64,000 nucleotides of DNA from Opitutales bacterium (GTDB lineage Bacteria > Verrucomicrobiota > Verrucomicrobiia > Opitutales > UBA2987): assembly GCA_965226885.1 (NCBI GenBank), contig CBDDEL010000016.1:96001-160000 (forward strand). The letters run 5' to 3'. The notes beneath the pieces are model-generated. The model did not search any database and was not told the origin of the DNA. It saw only the letters and a list, made by a program, of their open reading frames with translations. A program made the position numbers and the translations under genes. Positions 19,107-30,014 of the stretch are shown piece by piece (position 1 is the first letter of the stretch; every line of letters begins with the position of its first letter).

Positions 19107-20876
19107 TTAAAACCAGAATAAAATACCTAGCAGGAGGACGGCCAGGCAGGCGGTTACTCCGATGGGTAGCGCGCCCAGGCGGGCTTTTTCATAATAATCC
19201 TGTTTTCTCGCAAAAATTTCGGAACGGCTCTTGCTTTGGGCGATCCAAACGGGCATCAGCAGACCAACCATAAGGTGCGAGGGCGCTTCGCGGAAAAACA
19301 GCCTTATGCGGGAAACCAGACGGGGCAGAAATTCCTCGAAAGTGAGAGTATTGAAACCACTCAAGAAAAACTCCGATCCACGGTAAAGGAGCCGGCCTCC
19401 TTTGCGGTAAAACCAGTCGATATCCAGGTTTACAGCACGCATTTCTCGTGGGTAGACGCCCAGGAGCATCAAGGTGGCAAAAGCCAGGGCGGAGAAAAAG
19501 AGCAATTGGGTCTGAGTCACCACATGGGTCAGGGTGTAGGGCACGAAGTCCACCGGATAGGGCAAGAGACTGTAGAGCAGGGTGGGAAAAGCGCCGTTGA
19601 ATATGCATAGAAAGGCGGCCAATCCCATAGCCACCAACATACTGGTGGGCGCCTCCTTGGTCCTGATGCCGGAATCGTGCCCGAAAAACGCAAAATAGGG
19701 AATTTTAATACCGGCATGATGAAATACCCCGGCGGAAGCGATGAGGAGAAATACCCAGACCCACAAATACCCTTCTTGACCCGCCGCCGCCAAAACCATC
19801 GACTTGCTGACGAAGCCGCTGAAGAGGGGAAAAGCCGAAATGGAAGCGGCCCCGACCATGCAAAATCCAGCCGTCAAGGGCATCGATTTATAGAGTCCGC
19901 CAAGGTCCGTGCCTTTGATCCGGCCCGTGCGCAGAAGAACAGCGCCCATCGACATAAAAAGGAGTCCTTTGAAAATGACATCGTTAAACGCATGGGCCAC
20001 CGCCCCGTTGATAGCCAGAGGTGTCCCAATACCGATTCCCACCACCATGAAACCGATCTGATTAATCATACTGTAGCTAAGCACTCTTCGGAGGTTGTTT
20101 TCGATCACCGCGAAGAAAATGGGAAACATCGTCATGATGGTTCCGATGACAACTAGCTCTTCAGCTCCGGGAAATCCTCTGGCCAGCGCGTAAACGGCTG
20201 CCTTGGTGGTGAAGGAACTCAGAAAAACCGTGCCCACCGGAGTGGCTTCCGGGTAGGAATCCACCAGCCAGGTATGCAGCAATGGGAAACCGCACTTGAT
20301 ACCGAAGCCAATAAATATAAGCCAGGTGGCCATCCCGCTCAGAGACATGCTCTCGAAGGCAAGGCTGCCGGTTTGGTGGTATTGCACGGCGGCCCCTGCC
20401 AAAACGAGCAAACCCGAGGATACATGCATGAGCAGGTAGCGGATACCAGAATTGAAGGATGTTTTGCTCCGGCGGGCCCAAATGAGAAATACCGAGGTAA
20501 TGGCCAGCAACTCCCAAAAGACAAAAAGGGTGAGCAGATCGCCCGCGAAAACCACCCCAACGGCGCTTCCGGCATAGAGCAGAGCTGCCACCAATTGCAC
20601 CCGGTCTTTTAACCGCACCGCGTAAATAGCCCCCAACAATGCCGCTATGTGAAAAAGATATCCGAAGAGCAGACTGAGCTTGTCCACTCGCAAGCAATTG
20701 AGCTCCAGGCCCATAAAGACCATAGGCATAGCATCACCTTGCTCCAGTGAATGAACATTGAGCAAGCCCAGCACAGGGGCCAAAATCAATACTGTTTTAC
20801 GCGCCTTGCCTGGCAAAAAAGGCAATACCAGCGCCCCAGCAAAAAGGATCACCGCGGGATGGAGGCTATTCGTCAT
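19107..20876 (-). CDS. Mrp Na+/H+ antiporter MrpA/D-like subunit
   Basis: FVFWE, GIKCGFPLLHTWL, LSYSMINQIG, FKGLLFM motifs of the NuoL/M/N-Mrp family. Confidence 0.88.
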   Translation of the reverse strand: MTNSLHPAVILFAGALVLPFLPGKARKTVLILAPVLGLLNVHSLEQGDAMPMVFMGLELNCLRVDKLSLLFGYLFHIAALLGAIYAVRLKDRVQLVAALLYAGSAVGVVFAGDLLTLFVFWELLAITSVFLIWARRSKTSFNSGIRYLLMHVSSGLLVLAGAAVQYHQTGSLAFESMSLSGMATWLIFIGFGIKCGFPLLHTWLVDSYPEATPVGTVFLSSFTTKAAVYALARGFPGAEELVVIGTIMTMFPIFFAVIENNLRRVLSYSMINQIGFMVVGIGIGTPLAINGAVAHAFNDVIFKGLLFMSMGAVLLRTGRIKGTDLGGLYKSMPLTAGFCMVGAASISAFPLFSGFVSKSMVLAAAGQEGYLWVWVFLLIASAGVFHHAGIKIPYFAFFGHDSGIRTKEAPTSMLVAMGLAAFLCIFNGAFPTLLYSLLPYPVDFVPYTLTHVVTQTQLLFFSALAFATLMLLGVYPREMRAVNLDIDWFYRKGGRLLYRGSEFFLSGFNTLTFEEFLPRLVSRIRLFFREAPSHLMVGLLMPVWIAQSKSRSEIFARKQDYYEKARLGALPIGVTACLAVLLLGILFWF

Positions 20877-21201
20877 AATAGTCCTCCCTTCTTTTTAATA
20901 GAGCCCTCACCACATATTTGGCAATCAGAACGATCGAGGTACATGCGGCAAAACCGTAGACCGCGTAGAAGCCAAACCATCCTTCGAGAGAAAATGCGCC
21001 TTCCTCAAAACTCAGGTGCTTGTGCTCAACTAAGAATACCAGGTCTAAAAGGAACAAAATCGCGCAGGTGATAACGAGAAGAGCGATAAATCTGCGAACG
21101 TTCTTCGGCTCGTCAAATAAGTGCTTCCTGCCGTCGTCGGGCAAAAGCGCCAGGCCGTCTTCATAATCGTGCCAGGGTTGGGGTTCTTCCTTGTCGGTCA
21201 T
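20866..21201 (-). CDS. Small 2-TM membrane protein of the Mrp operon
   Basis: ATGA-coupled start MTDKEE; GFYAVYGF...LLKRREDYYD. Confidence 0.75.
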   Translation of the reverse strand: MTDKEEPQPWHDYEDGLALLPDDGRKHLFDEPKNVRRFIALLVITCAILFLLDLVFLVEHKHLSFEEGAFSLEGWFGFYAVYGFAACTSIVLIAKYVVRALLKRREDYYDE

Positions 21202-22673
21202 TGGGAACCTCCCATCAAAAGCGCCAAATTTAAAATAATTTCGGGAAACAGAAAAAGGGCCAGGCATCCCAGGGCGGTTGCCGTTAGCGGGATCACGCAG
21301 GCAGCGGGCGCTTCCCGCAGGTCTATCTTCATTATTCCGTTTTCCGGCGGTAAATAAAATGCCCTCACTGCAATGGGCAATAGGTAGGCGATGTTGAGCA
21401 GAGTGCTGACGGCAAAAACCAGGGCCAGATAAATGTTACCCGATTCTATCGATCCCAAAAAGAGGAACCATTTGCTCCAGGCTCCGCCCAACGGCGGCAG
21501 CCCGATGATGCTGAAAGCGCCCAAAAGATAGGCCGACATGGTAAACGGCATGTTCCACCCGATGCCGTTCAATTGGCTGACGTATTTTTTGCCGCTGGCC
21601 ACGAAAATGGCTCCGGCACAGAAAAAAAGCGTTATTTTACCCATTGCGTGCATGGCGATATGCATGATGCTACCGGTCAGGGCGCTTCCCGAAATCATAG
21701 CCGCTCCCAAAACAATATACGACAACTGGCTGATGGTTGAAAAAGCCAGGCGGCGTTTCAGATTGTCTTGGGTCAGGGCGATGAGGGAAGCGGTTAAAAG
21801 CGTTATGGCAGCCAGCCACACGATAACGTCGGCAGCGGCCACTCTACCTAGAAAATCGATTCCGAAAACACCCGTAAAAACCCTTAATACGCAAAAAACA
21901 CCGACTTTCACCACGGCCACGGCATGAAGCAGGGCGCTGACCGGTGTTGGCGCCACCATGGCGGCCGGCAGCCAGGAATGAAAGGGCATCAAACCGGCTT
22001 TGGAAAAACCGAAGACAAACATAACCAGCAATACAGTAGCTTCCACGCCGGTCACATTTCCGGCCAAAAAACCGCCGGAAGCAAAGTCCATGGAGCCGCC
22101 CGACTTGAGGTAGGAATAAATCATGGCTGGCAACGCGAAGGCCACCGATGTGCCCAGCAGATAAGTCAGGTAGGTGCGCCCTCCACTACGGGCTTCCTTG
22201 TCCTGATGATGCGTTACGAGGGGATAAGTTGACAGCGACAAGAGCTCGTAAAAAAGGTACATGGTCAGCAGATTGGCGGAAAACGCCACACCCAGAGTGG
22301 CCGACAGGGCGACCGCGAAAAAGACGAAAAAACGCGTTTGCGAATGTTCCTTCAGTTTCCTCATATAGCCGGTCGAATATACGGAAGTGGCTATCCACAG
22401 AGTAGAGGCCACCAAGGCAAAAAGCATGCCCAAACCATCCACCCGAAAAGCCAGCGCGAGGCCGGGAAGGATTTCCCAAAGGGTCCATTCGATAACTTTC
22501 CCCTCCAGGATAATAGGCAGCATGGACAGAACGATTCCCAGCTTGATAAACCCTGCCAGGAAGGTCCACCCCTCGCGTAAGTTGGGTTGTCGCCGGGACA
22601 TGAGGATGGGGACGACGGCCAGGAGTGAAACCGAACAGGCGATCAGGGGCTTGCTGCTGATGACGACTTCCAT
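21198..22673 (-). CDS. mrpD: Mrp antiporter subunit D family protein
   Basis: LFYE, KAGLMPFHSWLPAAMVAPTPVSALLH, RLAFSTISQLSY. Confidence 0.88.
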   Translation of the reverse strand: MEVVISSKPLIACSVSLLAVVPILMSRRQPNLREGWTFLAGFIKLGIVLSMLPIILEGKVIEWTLWEILPGLALAFRVDGLGMLFALVASTLWIATSVYSTGYMRKLKEHSQTRFFVFFAVALSATLGVAFSANLLTMYLFYELLSLSTYPLVTHHQDKEARSGGRTYLTYLLGTSVAFALPAMIYSYLKSGGSMDFASGGFLAGNVTGVEATVLLVMFVFGFSKAGLMPFHSWLPAAMVAPTPVSALLHAVAVVKVGVFCVLRVFTGVFGIDFLGRVAAADVIVWLAAITLLTASLIALTQDNLKRRLAFSTISQLSYIVLGAAMISGSALTGSIMHIAMHAMGKITLFFCAGAIFVASGKKYVSQLNGIGWNMPFTMSAYLLGAFSIIGLPPLGGAWSKWFLFLGSIESGNIYLALVFAVSTLLNIAYLLPIAVRAFYLPPENGIMKIDLREAPAACVIPLTATALGCLALFLFPEIILNLALLMGGSQ

Positions 22674-22674
22674 T

Positions 22675-24189
22675 TTAACCGATAAAACCGAAAGGGCCGA
22701 ACGTGCTGACGGCCTGGCGTATGAGCAGGACGATTTCCCGATTGAAGATGCCGATGAGCAAGAGACAGGTGGCCGAAATTAACACCGGGCCCAACATGGT
22801 TGCGGGCGGCTCCCCTGCCCCACCCGGCGTTTCCACTTCCGCCGTTTCTTCATGGGAACCGGATTTTGAAAAATAGGCCACTTCGAAAATACGGAAGAAG
22901 AGAATCGCATTGATCAGGCTGGAAAATAGCAGCGCAACAACATAACCCCAATGGCCGGCCTCAATGGCCCCGCTGATGAGGTACCATTTGCTAAAAAAGC
23001 CGCAAGTGGGCGGAATGCCGATCATGGAGAGCCCGGCGATGACAAACCCTCCCATCGTCCAGGGCATTTTTCTAAACAATCCATCCATTTCCGGAATCGT
23101 AGATTTGCCCGTTTTGTAAATGATCGCGCTGGCCGCCAAAAAGAGGCACAGGGTCATAAAGGCGTCACTGACGACATGATAAAAAGCCCCCACTAGTGCG
23201 GTTTCGTTGGCCAGCCAGACGCCCCCCACCATGTAACCGACTTCAGCGACAATGAGATAGGATAACATCTTTTTGAGATTGGTCTGGGCCAGGGCCAAAA
23301 TGGAGCCCGCCACGATGGCCAGAACCGCCATCCAGACCACCTCCTGGCTCCAGCCCAGGTAAACGAAAACATACCCCGGACCGAAAACCGTCATCATCAT
23401 CCGGATCATCACATAGATAGTCACTTTGGTCACCAAGGGGGCCAGGACGCAGCTGGTGGAGGACGGAGCGTAGGCGTAGGCATTGGGTAGCCAGCCGTGC
23501 AACGGGAAAAAAGCCATTTTTATCCACACTCCGACAAGGATCAGCATAAAGGCCACGATGATTGTTTTCGAGCCATAGAGATCTGACTGGCTCAGAATCT
23601 CCCCTATATCCACCATGTTCAGGGAACCGGTTTGGATGTAGAGATAACCCACCCCAAGCAGGTAAAAAGAGGCCCCTATGGTGCCCATGATGATATAATT
23701 GAAGCTGGCTAAAACCGCGCGTCTGGAACTCATTGCGATCAGGGCATAACTGGTCAAAGAAGAAACCTCCAGCAGCACGTAGAGATTGAAAGCGTCGCCG
23801 GTTAAACTCATTCCCTGCAAACCAGTAATGAGAAGCAGGAAGAGGGTGTAAAACTGGGGGCATTTATCGGGAGTTTCGGCAGCGGCGGCCCGGATCGAAT
23901 AGATGGCAGTTAAAAGTGAAACCGCGTTCACTACGACTAAAAGGATAGCGTTCAGTGCGTCGATTCGAAATTCGATACCGAATGGTCTCTCCCACCCCCC
24001 CAATCTATAAACCACTTCCCCACCCTCGGCCACCTGCCCGAGAAGCGAAATGGACAGGACCAGTGAGATACTCAAGGCGAATAAAGTCAGGGGCAGGCAA
24101 AGCACTGTCTTCCAACTGCCCAGGAGGGAGACCGCTATGGCCGCTAAAAATGGCGCCAGAAGGATTAGGACGGGGTATTGGTCAGCCAT
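22675..24189 (-). CDS. mrpD: Mrp antiporter subunit D family protein
   Basis: GDAFNLYVLLE, KMAFFPLHGWLPNAY, GIPPTCGFFSKW. Confidence 0.9.
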   Translation of the reverse strand: MADQYPVLILLAPFLAAIAVSLLGSWKTVLCLPLTLFALSISLVLSISLLGQVAEGGEVVYRLGGWERPFGIEFRIDALNAILLVVVNAVSLLTAIYSIRAAAAETPDKCPQFYTLFLLLITGLQGMSLTGDAFNLYVLLEVSSLTSYALIAMSSRRAVLASFNYIIMGTIGASFYLLGVGYLYIQTGSLNMVDIGEILSQSDLYGSKTIIVAFMLILVGVWIKMAFFPLHGWLPNAYAYAPSSTSCVLAPLVTKVTIYVMIRMMMTVFGPGYVFVYLGWSQEVVWMAVLAIVAGSILALAQTNLKKMLSYLIVAEVGYMVGGVWLANETALVGAFYHVVSDAFMTLCLFLAASAIIYKTGKSTIPEMDGLFRKMPWTMGGFVIAGLSMIGIPPTCGFFSKWYLISGAIEAGHWGYVVALLFSSLINAILFFRIFEVAYFSKSGSHEETAEVETPGGAGEPPATMLGPVLISATCLLLIGIFNREIVLLIRQAVSTFGPFGFIG

Positions 24190-24616
24190 CGTCCGGGTTT
24201 ATTTTCGCCAGTATCTCCGGTTCTTCAATGGAGCCGAATTCCTGGTTTAATTTTTGCACCATGGCCAGGCCGACCCCCAACGTAGCCACCCCGACCACGA
24301 TGGCAGTAAGCATCAATACATGCGGTAGCGGATTGGCGTAATTTTCCGCCCTGATATCCTCACCATGCTGCTTTTCCGCAGTGGTTTCTGCATGGACGGC
24401 GGCAGAGGAAACCCCATGCTCGAGAATTGGAATATTGGAACCTTCCTTTACCCCTATGGAAACATAAAATAAAATGATGGCGGTTTGAAAAATAGACATC
24501 CCGATCAGTTTTTTTATGAGGTTTTTTTTCGAAATCATGGCAAACAGGCCTATCATCATGAGGATGATATAAATCCAGTAATTGAGGCGCGAAACTATGA
24601 AATCCATAACAGTCAT
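24182..24616 (-). CDS. mrpC: Mrp antiporter subunit C
   Basis: NLIKKLIG; NPLPHVLMLTAIVVG. Confidence 0.92.
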   Translation of the reverse strand: MTVMDFIVSRLNYWIYIILMMIGLFAMISKKNLIKKLIGMSIFQTAIILFYVSIGVKEGSNIPILEHGVSSAAVHAETTAEKQHGEDIRAENYANPLPHVLMLTAIVVGVATLGVGLAMVQKLNQEFGSIEEPEILAKINPDDG

Positions 24617-24620
24617 GATT

Positions 24621-25376
24621 TCACAGACCCCCTTTCAAGCGCCCACCGGAAGAGAGATTGGCATAGATGGCAAACATCATGGCGGCAACCGTAAAGCCCA
24701 CTCCTATTTCCACCCCCATTATCCCATGAGAACGCGCCTCTATGGCATTTCCCGGCAATACCGCGTCAAGGGCTGAATAATCGAGAAAATTGCCTCCCAG
24801 CAAAATACAAATCAACCCGATACCCGCATAAATCAAAATGCCCGTTCCGCCCAAAATGACCGCCATTTTAACGGATACGCGATCCAGCGCGGTCTGCAAT
24901 TGAAATGACAAAGACAGCAAAATGAGGCTGGCCCCGAAAATGACTCCCCCCTGGAACCCTCCCCCCGGGCTGTGATGCCCGTGAGCGATGACATAGAAGG
25001 CAAATAATTGTATGACCGGAACCAACAGCCGGCACGTTTGTGCCAGAACCAGGTTCGACTCACTTAAACTCTTTTCAGTGGCCCCCCGCAGACGCACCCG
25101 CTTGTCAACCGGGCCGCGCAGAATTGCTATGATGGCGATCCCGGCGGTAAAAATGACCACGGTTTCAAAAAGAGTGTCGTATCCGCGGTAATCGGCCAGG
25201 ATGGCCGTCACCATGTTGGGGACGGAAGTTTCCGTAAAGGTGTCCTCGATATAATGCCGGGAAACCCGATACTGGTTGGCTGGCGAATGGGGGTCGCCCC
25301 AGGTCGGAAAATCCTCCGAGGCATAAAATAGCAAAGCACCGGTCATTATGACGGCTATGGCTCCCAGCGCTTTCAA
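24621..25376 (-). CDS. mrpB: Mrp antiporter subunit B
   Basis: NMVTAILADYRGYDTLFE; HGHHSPGGGFQGG. Confidence 0.92.
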   Translation of the reverse strand: MKALGAIAVIMTGALLFYASEDFPTWGDPHSPANQYRVSRHYIEDTFTETSVPNMVTAILADYRGYDTLFETVVIFTAGIAIIAILRGPVDKRVRLRGATEKSLSESNLVLAQTCRLLVPVIQLFAFYVIAHGHHSPGGGFQGGVIFGASLILLSLSFQLQTALDRVSVKMAVILGGTGILIYAGIGLICILLGGNFLDYSALDAVLPGNAIEARSHGIMGVEIGVGFTVAAMMFAIYANLSSGGRLKGGL

Positions 25377-25618
25377 TCCGATGACTTTCTCTTGGTGTTG
25401 TAGATTGTCGAGATGAGGAACATGGTGCTGGCTCCGGCCCCCACAGCAGCTTCCGTAAAAGCTACGTCAACGGCCGCCATTTCAGCCCACAGCAGACACA
25501 TTAGAAAGCTGTAAACTCCAAAAATCATGGACGCGCTGAGCAAATCCGTCGAACGCAATGCAAGACAGGCGGCAATGAGCAAAAAGCCCAGAATTATCAA
25601 ATCGAATTGCCAGATCAT
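25373..25618 (-). CDS. MrpB-related small subunit (DUF4040-like)
   Basis: AVDVAFTEAAVGAG motif. Confidence 0.85.
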   Translation of the reverse strand: MIWQFDLIILGFLLIAACLALRSTDLLSASMIFGVYSFLMCLLWAEMAAVDVAFTEAAVGAGASTMFLISTIYNTKRKSSD

Positions 25619-25965
25619 GTTTTCTCCTTGGTCGAAGGGGGTTTTTTATGTGCCCGCGCGGGTGAAAAACTCTGGCGTTGGTAACCGGCATGCATGAGGG
25701 CGTGGCTGCTGGTCGGGCCGGTCAGGGAAATAAACGCGATTATGAAGAATATTTTTCCCACCACCAGCAGGTTGGGCCAGGATAGATCATGCAGTTGGTA
25801 AACTGCAAAAGCAGTCAGCAGGCAAATGGTGGACAGGGTGTCGCTTATGCCCGCCGCGTGCACTCTGGAGTAAAAATCGGGAAAACGCAAAACCCCCATG
25901 ACGGCGCCAAAAAATATGACTATCCCGATGGTGAGCAAAAAGCCGCAGACAATATTCAATATCAT
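25615..25965 (-). CDS. mrpG: Mrp antiporter subunit G
   Basis: GVLRFPDFYSRVHAAG; PTSSHAL. Confidence 0.92.
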   Translation of the reverse strand: MILNIVCGFLLTIGIVIFFGAVMGVLRFPDFYSRVHAAGISDTLSTICLLTAFAVYQLHDLSWPNLLVVGKIFFIIAFISLTGPTSSHALMHAGYQRQSFSPARAHKKPPSTKEKT

Positions 25966-26267
25966 ACCCGATCCACCTCCGTGACAACAATTTTAGTGTA
26001 CCTTAACGGTTTCGTGCGCAAAAGATAACGGGCCGCAGCGAGAGAACCGATAAAATTCAGTAAGGCGTAAGTTAATGCAAAATCGACAAACATGCTCACC
26101 CGTCCGAAGATAATGCCAATAATAATGAGAAGGACGGTCGTTTGCGTTCCCAGAATATTGGCGGCTACTATGCGATCGATTGCAGTCGGTCCTATGATCA
26201 GACGCACTAGAATTAACAGCATGAGGAGGAATAAAAGGATTCCGCAGTTCAAAAACACATCTTCCAT
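25962..26267 (-). CDS. mrpF: Mrp antiporter subunit F
   Basis: RLIIGPTAIDRIVA; DFALTYALLNF. Confidence 0.92.
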   Translation of the reverse strand: MEDVFLNCGILLFLLMLLILVRLIIGPTAIDRIVAANILGTQTTVLLIIIGIIFGRVSMFVDFALTYALLNFIGSLAAARYLLRTKPLRYTKIVVTEVDRV

Positions 26268-26270
26268 CTT

Positions 26271-26762
26271 TTACCTTTCAGACCTTTCAAAAACTTCGGC
26301 AATGCGCCGTTCCATTTCGCCATCCAAAGAAGCGGCTGCCTTTCGGCTGATGGCATGAACATACAATGTATCATCAACCACATTCAAAGTCACCGTCCCG
26401 GGAGTGAGGGTGATAGAATTGGCCAGAACGAATCGGGCATAGTTGGACCGCAGGGTGGTTTTGAGCCGAATGATGGTCGGTTCGATTTCGGCAATACTTT
26501 TTGGCCAAAGAGCCAATTTGAGTATATGAAGATTGGACAAGAATATCTGATAAAGGAGCCAGACCAAATAACGGCAAAACCCAAACAACTGCCTGATACG
26601 AGCCCCAAACCCGATAGTGCGGTCGGTGAAATACAGATCTGAAGAAAAATAAGTTACGAAACTGGCCGAAAATACTCCCAGCGTGAGGTGGAACAGGTCG
26701 AATTTTCCTGAAAAAATGATCCAGACCCCAAAAAGAAGGATAAAGACTAAGATAGGATACAT
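26271..26762 (-). CDS. mrpE: Mrp antiporter subunit E
   Basis: LANSITLTPGTVT; LYVHAI. Confidence 0.93.
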   Translation of the reverse strand: MYPILVFILLFGVWIIFSGKFDLFHLTLGVFSASFVTYFSSDLYFTDRTIGFGARIRQLFGFCRYLVWLLYQIFLSNLHILKLALWPKSIAEIEPTIIRLKTTLRSNYARFVLANSITLTPGTVTLNVVDDTLYVHAISRKAAASLDGEMERRIAEVFERSER

Positions 26763-26963
26763 AAAAAATTTGAATACAATAAATTACGACAGGAGGCTCC
26801 TCAGCGCGAAAATGTTGTCAAGTCACGTCATGAAACATCCGTCCAGCCCAATCGGACCGTTAATCGGCTACCAAAAAGGACTGCATCGATGTTTTCAAGT
26901 CTTTCCTGAATTTTTAATGAGAGGAAAGGCTTTCGTTGATGCAAAGGAGTGGTTGGAGGCAAT

Positions 26964-27530
26964 TCAGTTAACCGAGGGATCGTCTGGAGCCTCCGCCAAT
27001 AATTTCATATCAGGAAGAATTTTCAACAGTATGTTTTTCCAAAGTTCCTTTCCCATTGAATTTTGCAAAGCATGCCCGTCAATCGGGCTTACCACCCAGG
27101 CGTCCTGTTCTACTTCGCTTTCGATCTGTCCGCGGGTCCAGTCCGCATAGCCAAGAAAACCGCGCACCACCAAATCCGGCTCATTGGCCAGCATAACCTG
27201 AGCCTTGTCCGTGGATATCCCGAAATACAGCGTGAAGACGCCCGTTTCTTCCACCCATTTCCAGGCTGCCAATATCAAATTCTGCCGGCTCACCGGCCCT
27301 CCATTGAAAACGGGAACCTCCGACAAAGGACTATAGGCAAACTCTGCTTTCAACTCGCCCAGGGACTTTCCCATTGGCCGGTTGATGACCACCCCGAGCG
27401 CCCCTTCATCATCGGAATGGGCGGAAATCAAGACCACCGTTTTATTAAAATTAGGGTCCAGTAATCCCGGATGCGAAATCAGGAGCGATCCGGATAAATT
27501 CTCTGATGTCTCACTTTGGTCTCTCATCAC
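26964..27530 (-). CDS. YqgE/AlgH family protein
   Basis: DPNFNKTVV, GALGVVINRP, GGPV, GYADW..GQIESE. Confidence 0.93.
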   Translation of the reverse strand: MMRDQSETSENLSGSLLISHPGLLDPNFNKTVVLISAHSDDEGALGVVINRPMGKSLGELKAEFAYSPLSEVPVFNGGPVSRQNLILAAWKWVEETGVFTLYFGISTDKAQVMLANEPDLVVRGFLGYADWTRGQIESEVEQDAWVVSPIDGHALQNSMGKELWKNILLKILPDMKLLAEAPDDPSVN

Positions 27531-28039
27531 AACTGGCTAAGGGATATGCCCGATTCGATCAGAATTTCCATTGCAATTGAATCATTTTTATAATCGCAGT
27601 GGTAAATAATTTCCTGGATTCCTGCCGAAATGAGGATTTTTGTGCAATTGATACAGGGAAAATGAGTCAGGTAGGCCGTCGACCCTTGCAGACTGATCCC
27701 CCGCCGAGCCGCATCGGCGACGGCATTTTGTTCGGCATGGACGGTGGCCTGCTCATGGCCGTCGCGTACCCGCGAATGATGCGGCGCCCCCGGCAGAAAC
27801 CCATTATAACCGGCCGCGATGATCCGGTTTTTATGATTGCCCCCGCTGACCAGCACACAACCCACATGCAGTCTCTGGCAACTGGAGCGCGAGGAAATAA
27901 GGAGCGCCGTGGCCATGAAATATTCTCCCCACGATGGCCTTACCTTCCAGTTCTCCACCACTTCGCTGAGTTGCCGGATATGGTCAGGTTCGTCAGAGGC
28001 GAATTTTTTATTGGCCGCCGCCATCGTCATTTCACTCAT
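27527..28039 (-). CDS. dCMP deaminase / ComEB family protein (start uncertain)
   Basis: RPSWGEYFM, GYNG, HAEQNA, PCINC zinc motifs. Confidence 0.92.
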   Translation of the reverse strand: MSEMTMAAANKKFASDEPDHIRQLSEVVENWKVRPSWGEYFMATALLISSRSSCQRLHVGCVLVSGGNHKNRIIAAGYNGFLPGAPHHSRVRDGHEQATVHAEQNAVADAARRGISLQGSTAYLTHFPCINCTKILISAGIQEIIYHCDYKNDSIAMEILIESGISLSQL

Positions 28040-28173
28040 ATGAAAACAGATTAAATAAAAACCCAAGACCCGCAATACAGAAATCTTATGCGGCCAATGT
28101 GTGCCAAGGCATTGAAAATCAAATGTTTTTGTTTACTTCGCCATTAAAACAGGCTAAGGAACAGGTTAATATA

Positions 28174-29976
28174 GAGGCTGTCCCAAAAATATAAAGATTT
28201 TATAGTCAACTGGATGACGTTGATAAAAAGAGCCGGAAAGAGCAAGTTTTTGCTCGATCCGGCCAAAAAAGGGTTCTATAATTGAGTTAGCGAAAATCAA
28301 TATAGCCCTTTCTATGTCTATGAAAAATATAGCCATCCAATGCCTCCTGCGTCCAGCTTTAACTGTGGTCGACCGGTGCCTCGATTACGATAACTTCCGC
28401 GCCACCATTGATCGAATCGGAGGTGGAATCGCAGGCCATTGAGCTGGCCTTGGAGGGGTGGCCGCCAATGGGTCTAAAGGCCCGGCGGCAGCGGGCCAGT
28501 TTTGCCATCAAGGCACTGCGCATGGATACGCTGGGCCGTCTGCTCGGAGGGATTTCGTTTCGGCATTTGTCGCGGGCTCTGGGCAGCAGCGATCTGTTGG
28601 CCGACTTTTGCCGTGTCCGGCAGATCGATGGCATCAGGGGCATCTCCAAAAGCACCCTGGAGCGGGCCTCGAAGTTTTTCAGCGAAGAGCAGTTGAGGGC
28701 CTTGCACCGGACCTTGACTGAGGTGGTGGGCGATGCCCTTCTGGCCCGGCAGGTGGGATTGGACAAGCCGATTGACACCACCATTTGCCTGATCGACGGC
28801 ACCTGTTTGGAGGCTAACATTCATTGGCCGACGGACTGGGTATTACTCAAGGATGTAGCCGGCACGTTGCTCAAAGCGATCCGGCTGATCCGCGAGAAGG
28901 CCGGTGTGCGCCATCGCATGCCGATCGAACCGGAGTCCTTGGCTCGGCAGATGAATCGGCTGTGCATACAGATGACCCACAGCCGGCGGCGAAAGGACAG
29001 CGCGCGGCAGCGCAAGGGTATCTTGAGGCAGATGAAAAAGCTGCTCAAACGGATCGGGGAGCATGCCCGCAGTCACCGGGAATTATTGCAAGCCTGCTGG
29101 GAGCAAAGCGATTACAGCGAAAAACAGGTCCAACAGATCCTCGCCCGGATGGAGCGCATGAGCGAGCAAATCCCGGTGGTCATCAAACAGGCGCACGAGC
29201 GGATCATTGGCGGCCGCCAGGTGAAAAACGCAGAGAAAGTCTTGAGTGTTTACGAACTCGATGTGCAGGTGATTGTGCGAGGTAAAGCGGGCCAAGAGGT
29301 CGAGTTCGGCAACACCCTGTTTCTGGGAGAAAGCGTTGAAGGGTACCTGCTGGACTGGAAACTCTACGGCAGCCGAACTCCAAGCGAAAATGAACAAATG
29401 CAAGAGAGTTTGCAAAGACAGAACCGCTTCAACCTGGAAGAACCCATAGCGGCCATGTGCGCGGACCGGGGATTTGCCTCCCAGCGGGCCCGCCGGCAGT
29501 TAGCCCAGGAGGGAATCTACGACGCGCTCTGTCCACGCGATCCGAAGCAGTTGAAAAAACGGATGGAGGAACCACTGTTCAGGCAATTGCAAAAGCGCCG
29601 GGCCAGCACCGAAGGGCGGATCGGGGTATTGAAGAATCGCTGGCAGGCCGGGCGGTTGCGCAGCAAAGGCTTTGCCAACCGCTCGATCAGCGTAGCCTGG
29701 TCGGTACTCTCGCACAACCTATGGAAAGTAGCCAAGATGCTGGCCCAGCAAGACGAACTAAAAACCAAAGCGGCGGCCTAGAGAGCGGAAAAGCAAGGAC
29801 AATACTTTTTCACAGCCTTACTGTCGGCTCATACAAAGAAAACCAGGCAACCGGACCCCAAAACCAGTATCCTATCGTCATAGGAGAGCAAAGTTGATAC
29901 TCTCCCAAATGCAAATACCTCTAAAATGAGCGCCTATCAAAAGCCCTCGCAAAAATCACCCTTTTGGGACAGCCTC
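28174..29976 (+). mobile_element. IS5/ISNCY-like element, copy B (1803 bp)
   Basis: IRs GAGGCTGTCCCAAAA; 7-bp TSD TAATATA; +6 bp and -20 bp relative to copies C and D. Confidence 0.95.
28314..29781 (+). pseudogene. Transposase frameshifted by a 20-bp deletion near 28419
   Basis: ATCGGCTGCTGATCGACTCG is missing relative to copy C; the long ORF only restarts at TTG 28408. Confidence 0.88.
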
Positions 29977-30014
29977 TAATATACGGATAATATTTCTGCT
30001 AACTTTTTCGCGCC

